A DNA stretch of 64,000 nt from Patescibacteria group bacterium (GCA_035457005.1 DATICB010000008.1:1013-65012), one strand, 5' to 3'. Positions 10,501 to 20,425 are shown, counted from the stretch's first letter. The notes: generated by a model from the sequence alone, not told the origin. Numbers and translations: made by a program.

Positions 10501-10938
10501 ATGATTGATCTCTCAAAGTTTGATAAATCAAAATTCACAACCGATGGCTATGTTCGCAAGGTTGAAAAGCCTTGGGGATATGAGATCCATTGGGTACCGG
10601 AAGGACTCCCCTACATGGGGAAAGTGCTTCACATAAATGCTGGGAAAAGGCTTTCTTTACAAGTTCATGATATAAAACAAGAATCATATTGGCTGGTAAG
10701 TGGCGAGTGCGATTTAGTCATTGAAAATAGTAAAGGAGACATGGAGACTGTCCATATGCAAAAAGGTCTTGGCTATACGACACATGTTGGGCAAAAGCAT
10801 AGACATCAGGCAGTAACAGATTGCGATGTTGTAGAGGTGTCCATGCCAGAGCAAGGAACAACACTGCGTTTGGAAGATGATTATAAAAGACCAAACGAAA
10901 CACCAGAGCAGCGGAAAAAAGAAAGGGGAGAAATGTGA
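10501..10938 (+). CDS. cupin-domain protein (mannose-6-phosphate isomerase type II-like)
   Basis: Cupin motifs G(X)5HXH-like region LSLQVHD...ESYWLVSGECDLVI; ATG at 10501 just after PMM stop (tool ORF began 10471). Confidence 0.55.
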   Translation: MIDLSKFDKSKFTTDGYVRKVEKPWGYEIHWVPEGLPYMGKVLHINAGKRLSLQVHDIKQESYWLVSGECDLVIENSKGDMETVHMQKGLGYTTHVGQKHRHQAVTDCDVVEVSMPEQGTTLRLEDDYKRPNETPEQRKKERGEM

Positions 10939-11978
10939 TTGATCTAACAAGTTTAGACGAAATTGTAAAAATTGATCCTGCCAATACCTACAAAACAACA
11001 TCGCTTGCAAACGAACAAGCAAAAACAGCGTGGCAACAAGTGCAGGATTTGGACATACAACCGTTGAAGGAAAAAATAACGTCTGTTGTTTTTTGCGGTA
11101 TGGGTGCGTCTATTTATGGTGCACTTGTCCTTAAGGCACTCAAAGGCGAGACCCTCCCCTTTCCTATAGAAGTGGTGAGTGATTATCATATCCCCGCATA
11201 CTGCGACAAGCACACACTTGTTGTTCTCACATCTTATTCCGGAACAACCGAAGAAGTCTTATCGTGTGCAAAAGAGGCAAAAGCAAAAAAGACACAAATA
11301 CTGGTTTTGACAAAAGGTGGTCCACTGGCAGATTTTGCAAGAGAAAATAAAATCCCAGCATACATCTTTGATGGAAAATTAAATCTCTCCTCCACTCCCC
11401 GACTTGGCAATGGCTACAGTGTAATTGGCCTTTTGGGACTTTTCAAAAAACTAGGCCTTGTTGATTTGACCGATAAAGAAATGACTGAAAGCTTTGCTTA
11501 CTTAGATACACAGCTTGAAGCTATTAAAAATGAAGCACTAAAGGAATCGGCTACATTTGAGAATCGAATACCTATTGTTATTGCTGCTGAACATTTAGCT
11601 GGCAACGCACAGATTTTGCGAAATCAGTTTAACGAAACATCAAAAGCATTTTCTGCACTCTATCTAGTGCCTGACCTGAATCATCATCTTATGGAAGGAC
11701 TCCAATTTCCAAAAGAGTCCAAGTTATATTTTTTGATTCTTAATTCTCATTTATATAGTCCAAAGATTAAAAAACGAATGGAGCTGACAGTTGATGTCAT
11801 TAAACAAAATGGACATGATGTTTTAAATTCTTTTCCGCAAGGTAAAACAAAAATAGAAGAATTTTTAGAAACACTTGCCTATGGCAGTTGGTTGACACTT
11901 TTTTTGGGTCTTCGTTATCATCAGGATCCATCAATTAATCCGTGGGTTGACTGGTTTAAGAAAGAATTGGCAAAATAA
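10935..11978 (+). CDS. SIS-domain bifunctional phosphoglucose/phosphomannose isomerase
   Basis: SIS motif VFCGMGASIYGALVL; ~347 aa as archaeal-type PGI/PMI; GTG start overlaps upstream TGA stop (GTGA). Confidence 0.65.
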   Translation: MIDLTSLDEIVKIDPANTYKTTSLANEQAKTAWQQVQDLDIQPLKEKITSVVFCGMGASIYGALVLKALKGETLPFPIEVVSDYHIPAYCDKHTLVVLTSYSGTTEEVLSCAKEAKAKKTQILVLTKGGPLADFARENKIPAYIFDGKLNLSSTPRLGNGYSVIGLLGLFKKLGLVDLTDKEMTESFAYLDTQLEAIKNEALKESATFENRIPIVIAAEHLAGNAQILRNQFNETSKAFSALYLVPDLNHHLMEGLQFPKESKLYFLILNSHLYSPKIKKRMELTVDVIKQNGHDVLNSFPQGKTKIEEFLETLAYGSWLTLFLGLRYHQDPSINPWVDWFKKELAK

Positions 11979-11980
11979 AG

Positions 11981-12193
11981 CTATCTCCTTTTTCGTCTTT
12001 CTTGTTTCCATTTGGTAAGCTGCTCCTTTACTCCTTCACGTGAGTCTCCCGAAACAAACATGTCGTCGGTCGAGTCTCTGTCGGTATCTGTAATTCTTGC
12101 ATGCCCACGAAATTCTGTAGAACCATCGGGTTTGCGATGTTTTCTTATTTTTGTTTCTGTTTTCGTTCCCATGGGGAGTAATAGTATCAGCAA
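11981..12193 (-). CDS. hypothetical small basic protein
   Basis: 70-aa ORF in GC-richer intergenic patch, C-terminal RRKRR; no SD; competing overlapping ORFs on both strands. Confidence 0.2.
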   Translation of the reverse strand: MLILLLPMGTKTETKIRKHRKPDGSTEFRGHARITDTDRDSTDDMFVSGDSREGVKEQLTKWKQERRKRR

Positions 12194-12253
12194 CCAGACG
12201 TAAACTCAACACGATCACTTGAAAGAAGTGATTAAGACTGATACGCTGAGTAT

Positions 12254-14518
12254 ATGGCCAAAAAACTGCTCGTTTGGTTTGGGGATGTTGATAAAGAAGA
12301 TATCCGCCTCGTAGGTGGGAAGGGCGCAAATTTAGGTGAAATGACACGGGCTGGTTTCCCGGTGCCTCCTGGTTTTATTGTTACTTCAGAAGCGTTTCAT
12401 GAATTTTTGCAAAAAAATGACTTGTTGACAAAAATTCATCATCTCCTTGGGCTTGTTGACTATGTCCAACAAGAATCTCTTGAAAAAATATCTCGTCAAA
12501 TAGAGCAACTCATTAAAAAATCTCCATTATCCGAAGAACTAGTCAAACAAGTTTTTTCTGCGTATAGTAAGTTGGGAAGTGGATTAAAACATGCACCCGT
12601 TGCGATCAGATCTTCCGCGACCGCAGAGGATTTGCCAACAGCGTCATTTGCCGGACAACAGGAGACTTTTCTTAATGTGGTTGGAGAAGCAAATGTTTTG
12701 CTTCGTCTTAAAGATTGTTGGGCTTCGCTCTTTCACCCAAGAGCTATTTTTTATAGACATGAGCATGCGATTGATGAAGCGCATGTTGGTATTGCTGTAC
12801 CAATCCAAAAAATGATTGAATCCGAAAGCTCAGGTATACTTTTTAGTATTGATCCAGTTACGAACAATAAAGAAAAAGTTATTGTCGAAGCAATTTATGG
12901 ACTTGGTGAGATGATTGTCCAAGGAGAAGTAACGCCAGATCATTATGAGGTAGAGAAAAAGTCCCTTGCTATTACTTACAAAAAAATTGCATCCCAGAAA
13001 AAGATGCTTGTAAAAAAGGGGTATGAAAATAGAGAGGTTCATATCGCATCAACCAAACAAGATAAGCAAAAAATTACCGATGAGCAGATTATTGCACTTG
13101 CAGAACTTTCGAAAAAGTTAGAAAAACATTACTATTTTCCTCAAGATAGCGAATGGGCTATTGAAAAAGGGAAAATTTACTTAGTTCAGACAAGACCAGT
13201 AACCACAACTACTCATGCTGCACAAACTGAAAAAACAACAGCTGCTTCTTTAGACAACCTTCATGTTCTTCTTGCTGGTGATGGCGCATCTCCTGGTATA
13301 GCAACAGGAGCCGTAAAAATTTTGGAAAGTGCGAAAGAAATTTATCAACTGAAACAAGGAGAAGTTTTGGTAGCAGACGAAACAAATCCAGATTATGTCC
13401 CTGCAATGAAAAAGGCAGTTGCGATCGTTACTAACAAAGGTGGCAGAACCTCTCATGCGGCGATCGTTGCAAGAGAAATTGGTATCCCTGCAGTTGTTGG
13501 TGCAGAAAACGCAACAGCAATACTTAAAAATGGTGATGTTGTTACAGTAAACGGTCTCACAGGCAACATTTACAAAGGCTCAACGCGTAGTGGTTCAGCT
13601 AGCAAAGAATCAGCATTTGTCTTTACCCCAGTTGCTACTGCAACAAAAGTGTATGTTAACTTGGCAGAACCAGAACTTGCAGCACGTATTGCCACCAAAT
13701 CTTTTGATGGTGTTGGGTTGTTGCGAGCTGAATTTATGATGGCAGGTATTGGTGTACATCCGAAGAAAATGATTGAGGACGGAAAATCAAAAGAATATAT
13801 CGAGAAGTTGGCGGATGGTATAGGGTCTTTTGCAAAAGCTTTTTCTCCCCGCCCTGTTGTCTATAGAACGTCTGATTTTAAAACAAATGAATACCGAAAA
13901 TTAGTTGGTGGTACTAGTTTTGAACCGCAGGAGTCAAATCCCATGCTCGGACTGAGAGGCGCATATCGCTATATTCAAGACAGTGATGTATTTCATTTGG
14001 AATTAGAGGCAATAAAACAGGTGAGAAATAAAATGGGGTATAAAAATGTCTGGCTTATGTTGCCTTTTGTCAGAACAGTTGCAGAGCTCCAGGAAGTAAA
14101 ATCACTGATTGCAGCAGCGGGTTTGTACCGATCTCCATCTTTTAAGATCTGGATGATGGTTGAAATACCAAGTAACGTCATTCTTCTGGATAAATTTATT
14201 GAGCAAGGGATTGATGGAGTCTCGATTGGTTCTAATGATTTAACTATGCTTATGCTTGGAACAGATAGAGACAATCATGACGTTGCAAAAGAATTTGATG
14301 AACAAAATGACACCATGCTGTGGGCATATGAGCATGTAATTAAAACTGCACATAAGTTTGGCGTAACATCATCGTTGTGTGGTCAGGCAGCATCAGTCTA
14401 CCCATCGCTTTTGCAAAAACTTGTGTCATGGGGTATAACGAGTGTTTCCATATCTCCCGATGCTTTGGAAATAACCAGAAATATGATTGCGAAATTTGAA
14501 AAAGACTTAACAAAGTAA
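12254..14518 (+). CDS. ppsA: phosphoenolpyruvate synthase (pyruvate, water dikinase)
   Basis: ATP-grasp N-domain, mobile phosphohistidine domain GGRTSHAAIVAREIGIPAVVG, C-terminal PEP-utilising TIM barrel; 754 aa. Confidence 0.85.
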   Translation: MAKKLLVWFGDVDKEDIRLVGGKGANLGEMTRAGFPVPPGFIVTSEAFHEFLQKNDLLTKIHHLLGLVDYVQQESLEKISRQIEQLIKKSPLSEELVKQVFSAYSKLGSGLKHAPVAIRSSATAEDLPTASFAGQQETFLNVVGEANVLLRLKDCWASLFHPRAIFYRHEHAIDEAHVGIAVPIQKMIESESSGILFSIDPVTNNKEKVIVEAIYGLGEMIVQGEVTPDHYEVEKKSLAITYKKIASQKKMLVKKGYENREVHIASTKQDKQKITDEQIIALAELSKKLEKHYYFPQDSEWAIEKGKIYLVQTRPVTTTTHAAQTEKTTAASLDNLHVLLAGDGASPGIATGAVKILESAKEIYQLKQGEVLVADETNPDYVPAMKKAVAIVTNKGGRTSHAAIVAREIGIPAVVGAENATAILKNGDVVTVNGLTGNIYKGSTRSGSASKESAFVFTPVATATKVYVNLAEPELAARIATKSFDGVGLLRAEFMMAGIGVHPKKMIEDGKSKEYIEKLADGIGSFAKAFSPRPVVYRTSDFKTNEYRKLVGGTSFEPQESNPMLGLRGAYRYIQDSDVFHLELEAIKQVRNKMGYKNVWLMLPFVRTVAELQEVKSLIAAAGLYRSPSFKIWMMVEIPSNVILLDKFIEQGIDGVSIGSNDLTMLMLGTDRDNHDVAKEFDEQNDTMLWAYEHVIKTAHKFGVTSSLCGQAASVYPSLLQKLVSWGITSVSISPDALEITRNMIAKFEKDLTK

Positions 14519-14523
14519 ACGGT

Positions 14524-15786
14524 ATGTCAAAAATTAAGCAGATTACGGCAAGAGAAATCTTCAACTCCAATGGTATTCCTACAGTTGAGACAACCGTTGT
14601 TTTGCAAAACAATATTAGTAGCGTTGCGTCAGTGCCATCGGGTATCTCAACAGGCACCTACGAGGCAGTAGAGCTTCGGGATAAAGACCCCATGCGATTT
14701 AACGGCATGGGAGTATTACACGCAGTGAACACAGTGAACACGATTCTCGCACCAAAACTGGTTGGCATGGAAGTGACTAAACAACAGGATATAGATAGGG
14801 CAATGATAGAAATGGATGGAACACAAAATAAAGCAAGACTTGGTGCAAATAGCATCTTAAGTGTTTCGGTTGCAGTAGCCAAAGCTGGAGCAACTGATTC
14901 GATTATGCCACTGTACTTATATCTGCGGCAATTTTTAGAGAATAAGAATTCATCGCTTGCTATTCCTATTCCCCTTTTTAATTTTCTGGAGGGCGGATCA
15001 CATGGCAGCCCGACAATTAATTTTCAGGAATTTCATGTAATCCCAGCATCGAGTAAAACATTTTCAGAAGCACTGCAGCTGGGAAGCAGTGTCTACCAAT
15101 CACTAAAAAATCTGTGCCGTCTTAATAATTACTCAACACTTGTTGGTAACGAAGGAGGTTTTAGCCCACAGGTTGCTAACAATACCGAAGCACTTTCTAT
15201 TCTCGCTCAGGCAGTTGAATCGACAAATGCGAGATTAGGGTTTGATGTGTTTATTGGTTTGGATGCTGCAGCAAATTCATTTTACTCCAATCAACAGTAC
15301 CACATTCGAGACAAGCAAATGGGATTTTCCAGCAGTAATATGATTGCATTTTACGCTGATTTGGTAAAACAATTTCATATACTCTACTTGGAAGATGGTC
15401 TCAGCGAAGATGATTGGAATGGTTGGACAAATCTTACCAAAACTCTCGGTCAGCAAATTATGGTGGCTGGAGACGATTTAATAACAACAAATCCTTATAG
15501 GCTCCAAACAGCAATAGAGAAAAAAGCAGTAAGTAGTGTGATTGTAAAACCCAACCAGATTGGGACGGTAATTGAGTGTTTGGCAGTTGTCGAAGTCGCA
15601 AAATCCGCAGGACTCAAAGTCATTGTTGCTAATAGAGGGGAAGAAACAAACGACAGTTTTATAGCTGATTTTGCTGTAGGTGTCTCGGCAGAATATTGTA
15701 AGTTTGGAGCATTAGCTAGAGGTGAAAGGGTAGTTAAGTATAATCGACTTTCTCAAATAGAAAATCAACTGCGAGCGTTAAAGTAG
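14524..15786 (+). CDS. eno: enolase
   Basis: N-term MSKIKQITAREIFNSNGIPTVETTV; 420 aa; enolase fold motifs. Confidence 0.9.
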   Translation: MSKIKQITAREIFNSNGIPTVETTVVLQNNISSVASVPSGISTGTYEAVELRDKDPMRFNGMGVLHAVNTVNTILAPKLVGMEVTKQQDIDRAMIEMDGTQNKARLGANSILSVSVAVAKAGATDSIMPLYLYLRQFLENKNSSLAIPIPLFNFLEGGSHGSPTINFQEFHVIPASSKTFSEALQLGSSVYQSLKNLCRLNNYSTLVGNEGGFSPQVANNTEALSILAQAVESTNARLGFDVFIGLDAAANSFYSNQQYHIRDKQMGFSSSNMIAFYADLVKQFHILYLEDGLSEDDWNGWTNLTKTLGQQIMVAGDDLITTNPYRLQTAIEKKAVSSVIVKPNQIGTVIECLAVVEVAKSAGLKVIVANRGEETNDSFIADFAVGVSAEYCKFGALARGERVVKYNRLSQIENQLRALK

Positions 15787-15789
15787 TAT

Positions 15790-16023
15790 CTATTCACCCA
15801 CGATTCTTCGTATTGTTTCCATTGCGATATCCCCTGCCCTGAGTGGATCAGTCTCATCAGCGATTCTCTCTGCTGCGTCCCCGGTAATTTTTGGGTGCTT
15901 GTTGCGGAATAAATGCCGCAACTGCACGTCAACAGACCTTCTGTCGCCTGGCAATCCTCTCATGTCACCCAGTACATCAACCATAATTTTATATGCATGA
16001 AGAACTCTATCTTGCCTGCTCAT
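15790..16023 (-). CDS. hypothetical small protein
   Basis: 77-aa ORF 2 nt downstream of rsmI on same strand, GC-richer; no motif. Confidence 0.3.
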   Translation of the reverse strand: MSRQDRVLHAYKIMVDVLGDMRGLPGDRRSVDVQLRHLFRNKHPKITGDAAERIADETDPLRAGDIAMETIRRIVGE

Positions 16024-16025
16024 AT

Positions 16026-16739
16026 CTATATCAGAATGACAAACTCCCCTCTTGGCTCATTTGTTTGGAAATGTTGTTTCAAATCTATCAAACTTCCACG
16101 TCGTGTTTCCTCATATATCTTTGTCAGCTCGCGTGATACCACAATATACTGACTTTCTCCCCATGTGCTTATCATTTCATCAAGTGTTTGTAATATTCTG
16201 TGGGGTGCTTCGTAGAGAATAATGGTTGTTTGGAGTGTTTCTTTTGCTTCGTGGAGCTGTCTCCAAAACTTTTGACGGTTGCTGTCTTTTTTTGGCGGAT
16301 AACCAACAAATAAAAATCTGTCTGTTGGCAAACCACTCACGGAAAGTGCAGCAACAACAGCAGACGGTCCTGGAATTGTCTTAATGGGAATTCCTTTTTC
16401 TGCACATTCCCTGACCAGTTTAAATCCTGGATCGGAAATAGTTGGCGTGCCTGCATCACTGACGAGGACTATATCTTTGCCAGACACAAGAAGTTCAATA
16501 ATTTCTGGCATTTTTTGAAGTTCTGTTTGGTCATAGTAAGAAATAAGATAGGGTTTAGCTGTTTCTTGGTAGCCACTAAAAAGTTTGGCAACTTCTTTGA
16601 GAAGAATACCTGTTTTTCTCGTATCCTCGCACGCAATAATATCTGCAGTTAAAAGCGTACGAGCTGCGCGAAGACTAATGTCTGAAATATTGCCAATTGG
16701 TGTTGCAACAATATATAAGGTTCCCATATAATAAGACAA
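16026..16739 (-). CDS. rsmI: 16S rRNA (cytidine1402-2'-O)-methyltransferase RsmI
   Basis: LYIVATPIGNISDISLRAARTL...ACEDTRKT tetrapyrrole-methylase family signature. Confidence 0.85.
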   Translation of the reverse strand: MSYYMGTLYIVATPIGNISDISLRAARTLLTADIIACEDTRKTGILLKEVAKLFSGYQETAKPYLISYYDQTELQKMPEIIELLVSGKDIVLVSDAGTPTISDPGFKLVRECAEKGIPIKTIPGPSAVVAALSVSGLPTDRFLFVGYPPKKDSNRQKFWRQLHEAKETLQTTIILYEAPHRILQTLDEMISTWGESQYIVVSRELTKIYEETRRGSLIDLKQHFQTNEPRGEFVILI

Positions 16740-17362
16740 TGATCCAACAATTGTCTGGCCTTATTATACATCTCATTCAAAACTTAGGCTATGGTGGTGT
16801 CTTTGTCCTTATGACGCTTGAGTCTGCGCTTTTACCAATTCCTTCAGAAGTTACCATGCCATTTGCAGGATTTCTTGCTCAGGGAGGCCATCTTAATTTC
16901 TGGCTAGTTGCACTCACTGGCGCTGTTGGTAATTTGGTTGGCTCTCTTATTTCCTATGCAATTGGATTTTTCTTAGAAGAAAGTGTTATTTTGTCACTCG
17001 TTAAAAAATATGGTAAATTTGTACTTATTTCCGAACACGAATATACACGAGCTGTGAGTTGGTTTGGAAAATATGGCAACCCTATCGCATTTTTTAGTAG
17101 ACTTTTACCAGCTGTCCGAACATTTATTTCTCTTCCAGCAGGACTTGCAGAAATGAATATTTGGAAATTTAGTTTTTACACCTTTTTAGGCTCGCTTATT
17201 TGGTCGACATTTCTTACATGGATTGGATTTTATTTAGGGACAAAGTGGAATAGTCTCGAGCCTTATTTTAGAAAATTCCAAATAGTTATTGTTGTGTTGC
17301 TGGTTATTGGAGTGTTATGGTACGTTAACCACAAGCTGAAAATTATAAAACTGGGGAAATAA
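16739..17362 (+). CDS. DedA-family (VTT domain) membrane protein
   Basis: YGGVFVLMTLESALLPIPSEV motif; ATG at 16739 shares one base with divergent rsmI start. Confidence 0.7.
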   Translation: MIQQLSGLIIHLIQNLGYGGVFVLMTLESALLPIPSEVTMPFAGFLAQGGHLNFWLVALTGAVGNLVGSLISYAIGFFLEESVILSLVKKYGKFVLISEHEYTRAVSWFGKYGNPIAFFSRLLPAVRTFISLPAGLAEMNIWKFSFYTFLGSLIWSTFLTWIGFYLGTKWNSLEPYFRKFQIVIVVLLVIGVLWYVNHKLKIIKLGK

Positions 17363-17364
17363 CA

Positions 17365-17601
17365 CTATCTACTTTCTTTCCCTTTTTCTGGTTGTTGTGA
17401 TCGTTGGGGGCCTCTATGCAGTTCTGCTTGCTCCTCTCGTGCTGCACTAACTGCGGGTAATTCAGCTGCTGTTCCTTTAGCTGCGTTTCTTCTTGCTACC
17501 TCTCTTGGATCACCAATACGGGGCAATTGCTTAATCATAATAGTAAGAATTTTACCAAAACAAGAACTTGGAGACAAGATGCTAGATAAAGCGGCGGACA
17601 A
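17365..17601 (-). CDS. hypothetical small ORF overlapping lexA 3' end
   Basis: 78-aa ORF in GC-richer patch; overlaps LexA stop by 20 nt; weak. Confidence 0.15.
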   Translation of the reverse strand: MSAALSSILSPSSCFGKILTIMIKQLPRIGDPREVARRNAAKGTAAELPAVSAAREEQAELHRGPQRSQQPEKGKESR

Positions 17602-18211
17602 GTCCGACCACTCTTCCCTGAATGGTAAGTCGTGTTGGGTAAATTGGCTGCATTGTAGAATTTGCTGGTTTTAATACAACTTGTCCTTGCTCGTTATAAT
17701 ACTTTTTAAGTGTTGCCAAATTGTCATCGACTAGCGCAACCACAATATCGCCATTGTGCACTTCTTTTTCTTTTTCTATCACCACATAGTCGCCATCTAA
17801 AATACCATCTTCAATAAGCGACTCTCCTTTTACCTGCAAAACATATGCTGTTTTTTGTCCAGAAATCATGCTTGCCGAAACTTGAAATGTTGCATTTGGG
17901 TCTGTGTGTGGCTCTAAAGGCTTGCCTGCTGCAATGAATCCCATAAGGGGTAATTCTATCGACACTGTATTGCCCCGCATAGTGCTATTGATTTTCTCAT
18001 CAATAACTTTCAAAACGCGTGCATTGCCTTCTACTTTTTGGATATATCCCTTGTCTACTAATGATGCAATAAGTGAATGCACAGTAGAATTGGCTCTGTG
18101 CCCTGTTGCTTGAGCAATTTCGGTGAGTGTAGGGGAATACCCATACTGATTTTGAAATTGAACAATAAATTCTAAGACTTCTCTTTCTTTTCTGTAGACT
18201 ACTCCTGGCAT
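17582..18211 (-). CDS. lexA: LexA-like repressor (wHTH + S24 peptidase), paralog 1
   Basis: N-term aligns with LexA wHTH (REVLEFIVQF...TLTEIAQATGH), S24 motif GESL...K; start set at MPGVVY (18211) by alignment to LexA; tool ORF extends to 18286. Confidence 0.75.
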   Translation of the reverse strand: MPGVVYRKEREVLEFIVQFQNQYGYSPTLTEIAQATGHRANSTVHSLIASLVDKGYIQKVEGNARVLKVIDEKINSTMRGNTVSIELPLMGFIAAGKPLEPHTDPNATFQVSASMISGQKTAYVLQVKGESLIEDGILDGDYVVIEKEKEVHNGDIVVALVDDNLATLKKYYNEQGQVVLKPANSTMQPIYPTRLTIQGRVVGLVRRFI

Positions 18212-18221
18212 AGTATTATAA

Positions 18222-18234
18222 TCGAATATTTCGA
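18222..18234. promoter_or_regulatory. candidate LexA-1 operator: dyad TCGAA-N3-TTCGA
   Basis: TCGAATATTTCGA with perfect 5-bp arms, 11-23 nt upstream of lexA start, between TTGACA and TATAAT hexamers on the lexA strand; resembles Cheo box CGAAC-N4-GTTCG. Confidence 0.4.
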
Positions 18235-18312
18235 GTATTTTTGTCAACCGATCGTATGTTATCTTTTTATAAGCAAACATGATCAACTATGTGTTTTATG
18301 GTAAAATACTAT

Positions 18313-18339
18313 TGTCATTGCGAACGAAGTGAAGCAATC
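18313..18339 (+). repeat. palindromic element type II fragment (TGTCATTGCGA...GCAATC hairpin)
   Basis: TGTCATTGCGAACGAAGTGAAGCAATC; same head as full element at 46785-46860. Confidence 0.6.
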
Positions 18340-18344
18340 TCCAC

Positions 18345-18414
18345 TGTCATCCCGCACTTGATGCGGGATCCAGTTCCTTATTTATATAGATTCCTGATCA
18401 AGTCAGGAATGACA
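18345..18414 (+). mobile_element. MITE-like palindromic element type I in uvrB 5' region
   Basis: TGTCATCCCGCACTTGATGCGGGATCCAG...ATTCCTGATCAAGTCAGGAATGACA; two hairpins with compensatory stem changes relative to other copies; ends 5 nt before uvrB ATG. Confidence 0.8.
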
Positions 18415-18418
18415 TTAA

Positions 18419-20425
18419 ATGTATATGAAATTTCAACTCACATCAAAATTTAAGCCGTCCGGCGATCAGCCAGAGGCAATTAAAAAATTAACACAGGGCA
18501 TTGAAAAAAATGATAAACACCAAGTGCTCCTTGGTGTCACTGGTAGTGGCAAAACCTACACTATGGCCAACGTAATTCAAAATGTTCAAAAGCCAACACT
18601 CATTATTTCCCACAACAAAACACTAGCAGGTCAACTGTATCAGGAATTTAGAGAGTTTTTCCCTAACAACAGTGTCAATTATTTTGTGAGTTACTACGAT
18701 TACTATCAGCCAGAGGCGTACGTCCCAACAACAGATACGTACATTGAAAAAGAGGCAGAAATTAATGAAGAAATCGATAAATTACGACTTTCTGCAACAG
18801 CGAATCTTTTGACTCGAAAAGATGTCATTGTCATTGCCTCGGTAAGCTGCATCTACAATCTTGGCTCGCCTGTTGAGTATGGCAAATTTGTCTTAGAAAT
18901 GGCAAAAGGAATGAAAATCGAAAGCAGAGATATTTTGCTTCGACTCACAGATTTACAATATGAGCGAAATGAGTATGGATTTAAAAGGGGGTCATTTAGA
19001 GTGCGAGGAGAAAATATAGATGTTTTCCCAGCGTACATGGACCATGGTCTTCGGATTGATATACAAAATGGGAAAATAATTGGTCTTTCAGAGTTTGATC
19101 CACTAACTGGCGAAACAGTACAAATACTCAAAAATACCATTGTCTACCCTGCCAAACACTACATGACAGACCCTGCTTCTTACGGTGGTGTTTTCCCTCA
19201 GATTAAAAATGACATGGAAAAACGAGTAAAAGAGCTGACAAGCATGAATAAATTGGTTGAAGCACAAAGAATTAAACAACGGGTAAGTTACGACTTGGAA
19301 ATGATTAATGAAATTGGTTATGTGAATGGTATAGAAAACTACTCGAGATATTTTGATGGACGTGAGCCAGGCCAGCCACCATATACGTTGATTGATTATC
19401 TACAGGCATGCTCCAAAGACTGGTTGCTTCTTGTTGATGAATCGCACATTACTCTTCCTCAAATTCGAGGCATGTACAATGGTGATAGGGCGCGAAAAGA
19501 AACACTGATTGAATACGGTTTCCGCTTGCCATCTGCACTTGATAATAGACCGTTAAAATTTGAGGAATTTATGGGACGGGTCAATCAGGCAGTGTATGTG
19601 TCAGCAACCCCAGACGAATATGAATTATCTCTTTCCGGACAAGACAACATTGCCGAACAACTAATTCGTCCAACTGGCATTGTGGACCCGCAGGTAACAG
19701 TAAAACCAACAGAGGGGCAAATTACTGACCTTATTGCAGAAATTCAAAAAAGAGTTGCAAAAAAGCAGCGAGTCTTAGTAACAACCCTTACAAAAAAAAT
19801 GGCAGAAGAACTGTCTAATTATTTAGAGGAAGGAGGCATAAAAGTGGCATATCTTCACTCTGATATCGAGACAATTAATAGACAAGACATTTTAGATAAT
19901 TTACGAAAAGGTGAATACGACGTATTAGTTGGTATTAATTTATTGCGTGAGGGTATTGATTTGCCAGAAGTTACCTTGGTTGCAATTTTGGATGCAGACA
20001 AAGAAGGATTTCTGAGAAGTAAAACGTCACTCATTCAGACCATGGGAAGAGCTGCGCGAAATATAGACTCAGAAGTTATTTTATATGCAGACACCATGAC
20101 TGGGTCAATGAATGAGGCAATAAGAGAAGTAGAAAGACGAAGAGAGGCACAACTTGCGTACAATAAAAAGCATAATATTACTCCGACAACTATCGAAAAA
20201 GCAATTCGCGAAAGATTGTATGAAGAAGAGGAAGAAGAAGCAACCCATAGGTCCCGGCCAATTGATTTAGTTTTGGAATTAGCAGACAAAGATGTGCTTC
20301 TGCCAGATGAACGGGAGAAGGTTATTGGCAGGCTCAGACAAGAAATGAAAACAGCTGCAAAGAATTTAGATTTTGAAACAGCAGCACTCCTTCGAGATAG
20401 AATAAAACAATTGCAAAACAATTAG
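18419..20425 (+). CDS. uvrB: excinuclease ABC subunit B
   Basis: GDQPEAIKKL, helicase motifs, C-terminal UvrB/UvrC interaction domain; 668 aa. Confidence 0.9.
   Translation: MYMKFQLTSKFKPSGDQPEAIKKLTQGIEKNDKHQVLLGVTGSGKTYTMANVIQNVQKPTLIISHNKTLAGQLYQEFREFFPNNSVNYFVSYYDYYQPEAYVPTTDTYIEKEAEINEEIDKLRLSATANLLTRKDVIVIASVSCIYNLGSPVEYGKFVLEMAKGMKIESRDILLRLTDLQYERNEYGFKRGSFRVRGENIDVFPAYMDHGLRIDIQNGKIIGLSEFDPLTGETVQILKNTIVYPAKHYMTDPASYGGVFPQIKNDMEKRVKELTSMNKLVEAQRIKQRVSYDLEMINEIGYVNGIENYSRYFDGREPGQPPYTLIDYLQACSKDWLLLVDESHITLPQIRGMYNGDRARKETLIEYGFRLPSALDNRPLKFEEFMGRVNQAVYVSATPDEYELSLSGQDNIAEQLIRPTGIVDPQVTVKPTEGQITDLIAEIQKRVAKKQRVLVTTLTKKMAEELSNYLEEGGIKVAYLHSDIETINRQDILDNLRKGEYDVLVGINLLREGIDLPEVTLVAILDADKEGFLRSKTSLIQTMGRAARNIDSEVILYADTMTGSMNEAIREVERRREAQLAYNKKHNITPTTIEKAIRERLYEEEEEEATHRSRPIDLVLELADKDVLLPDEREKVIGRLRQEMKTAAKNLDFETAALLRDRIKQLQNN

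Noticed and set aside
12012-12347. Overlapping ORFs 12012-12203 (+) and 12036-12347 (-) in the PGI/PMI-ppsA spacer
   Set aside because: They compete with the 11981-12193 ORF and extend into the ppsA start region. The region is more likely a regulatory or structured spacer (it contains an ATCACTT-gaaag-AAGTGAT hairpin at about 12213-12231).
18240-18260. CAACCGATCGTATGTT upstream of uvrB sharing the CGATCGTA core with the LexA-2 palindrome
   Set aside because: Only the 8-bp core (itself containing the self-complementary CGATCG) matches, the flanks do not. This is insufficient to call a LexA-2 site.
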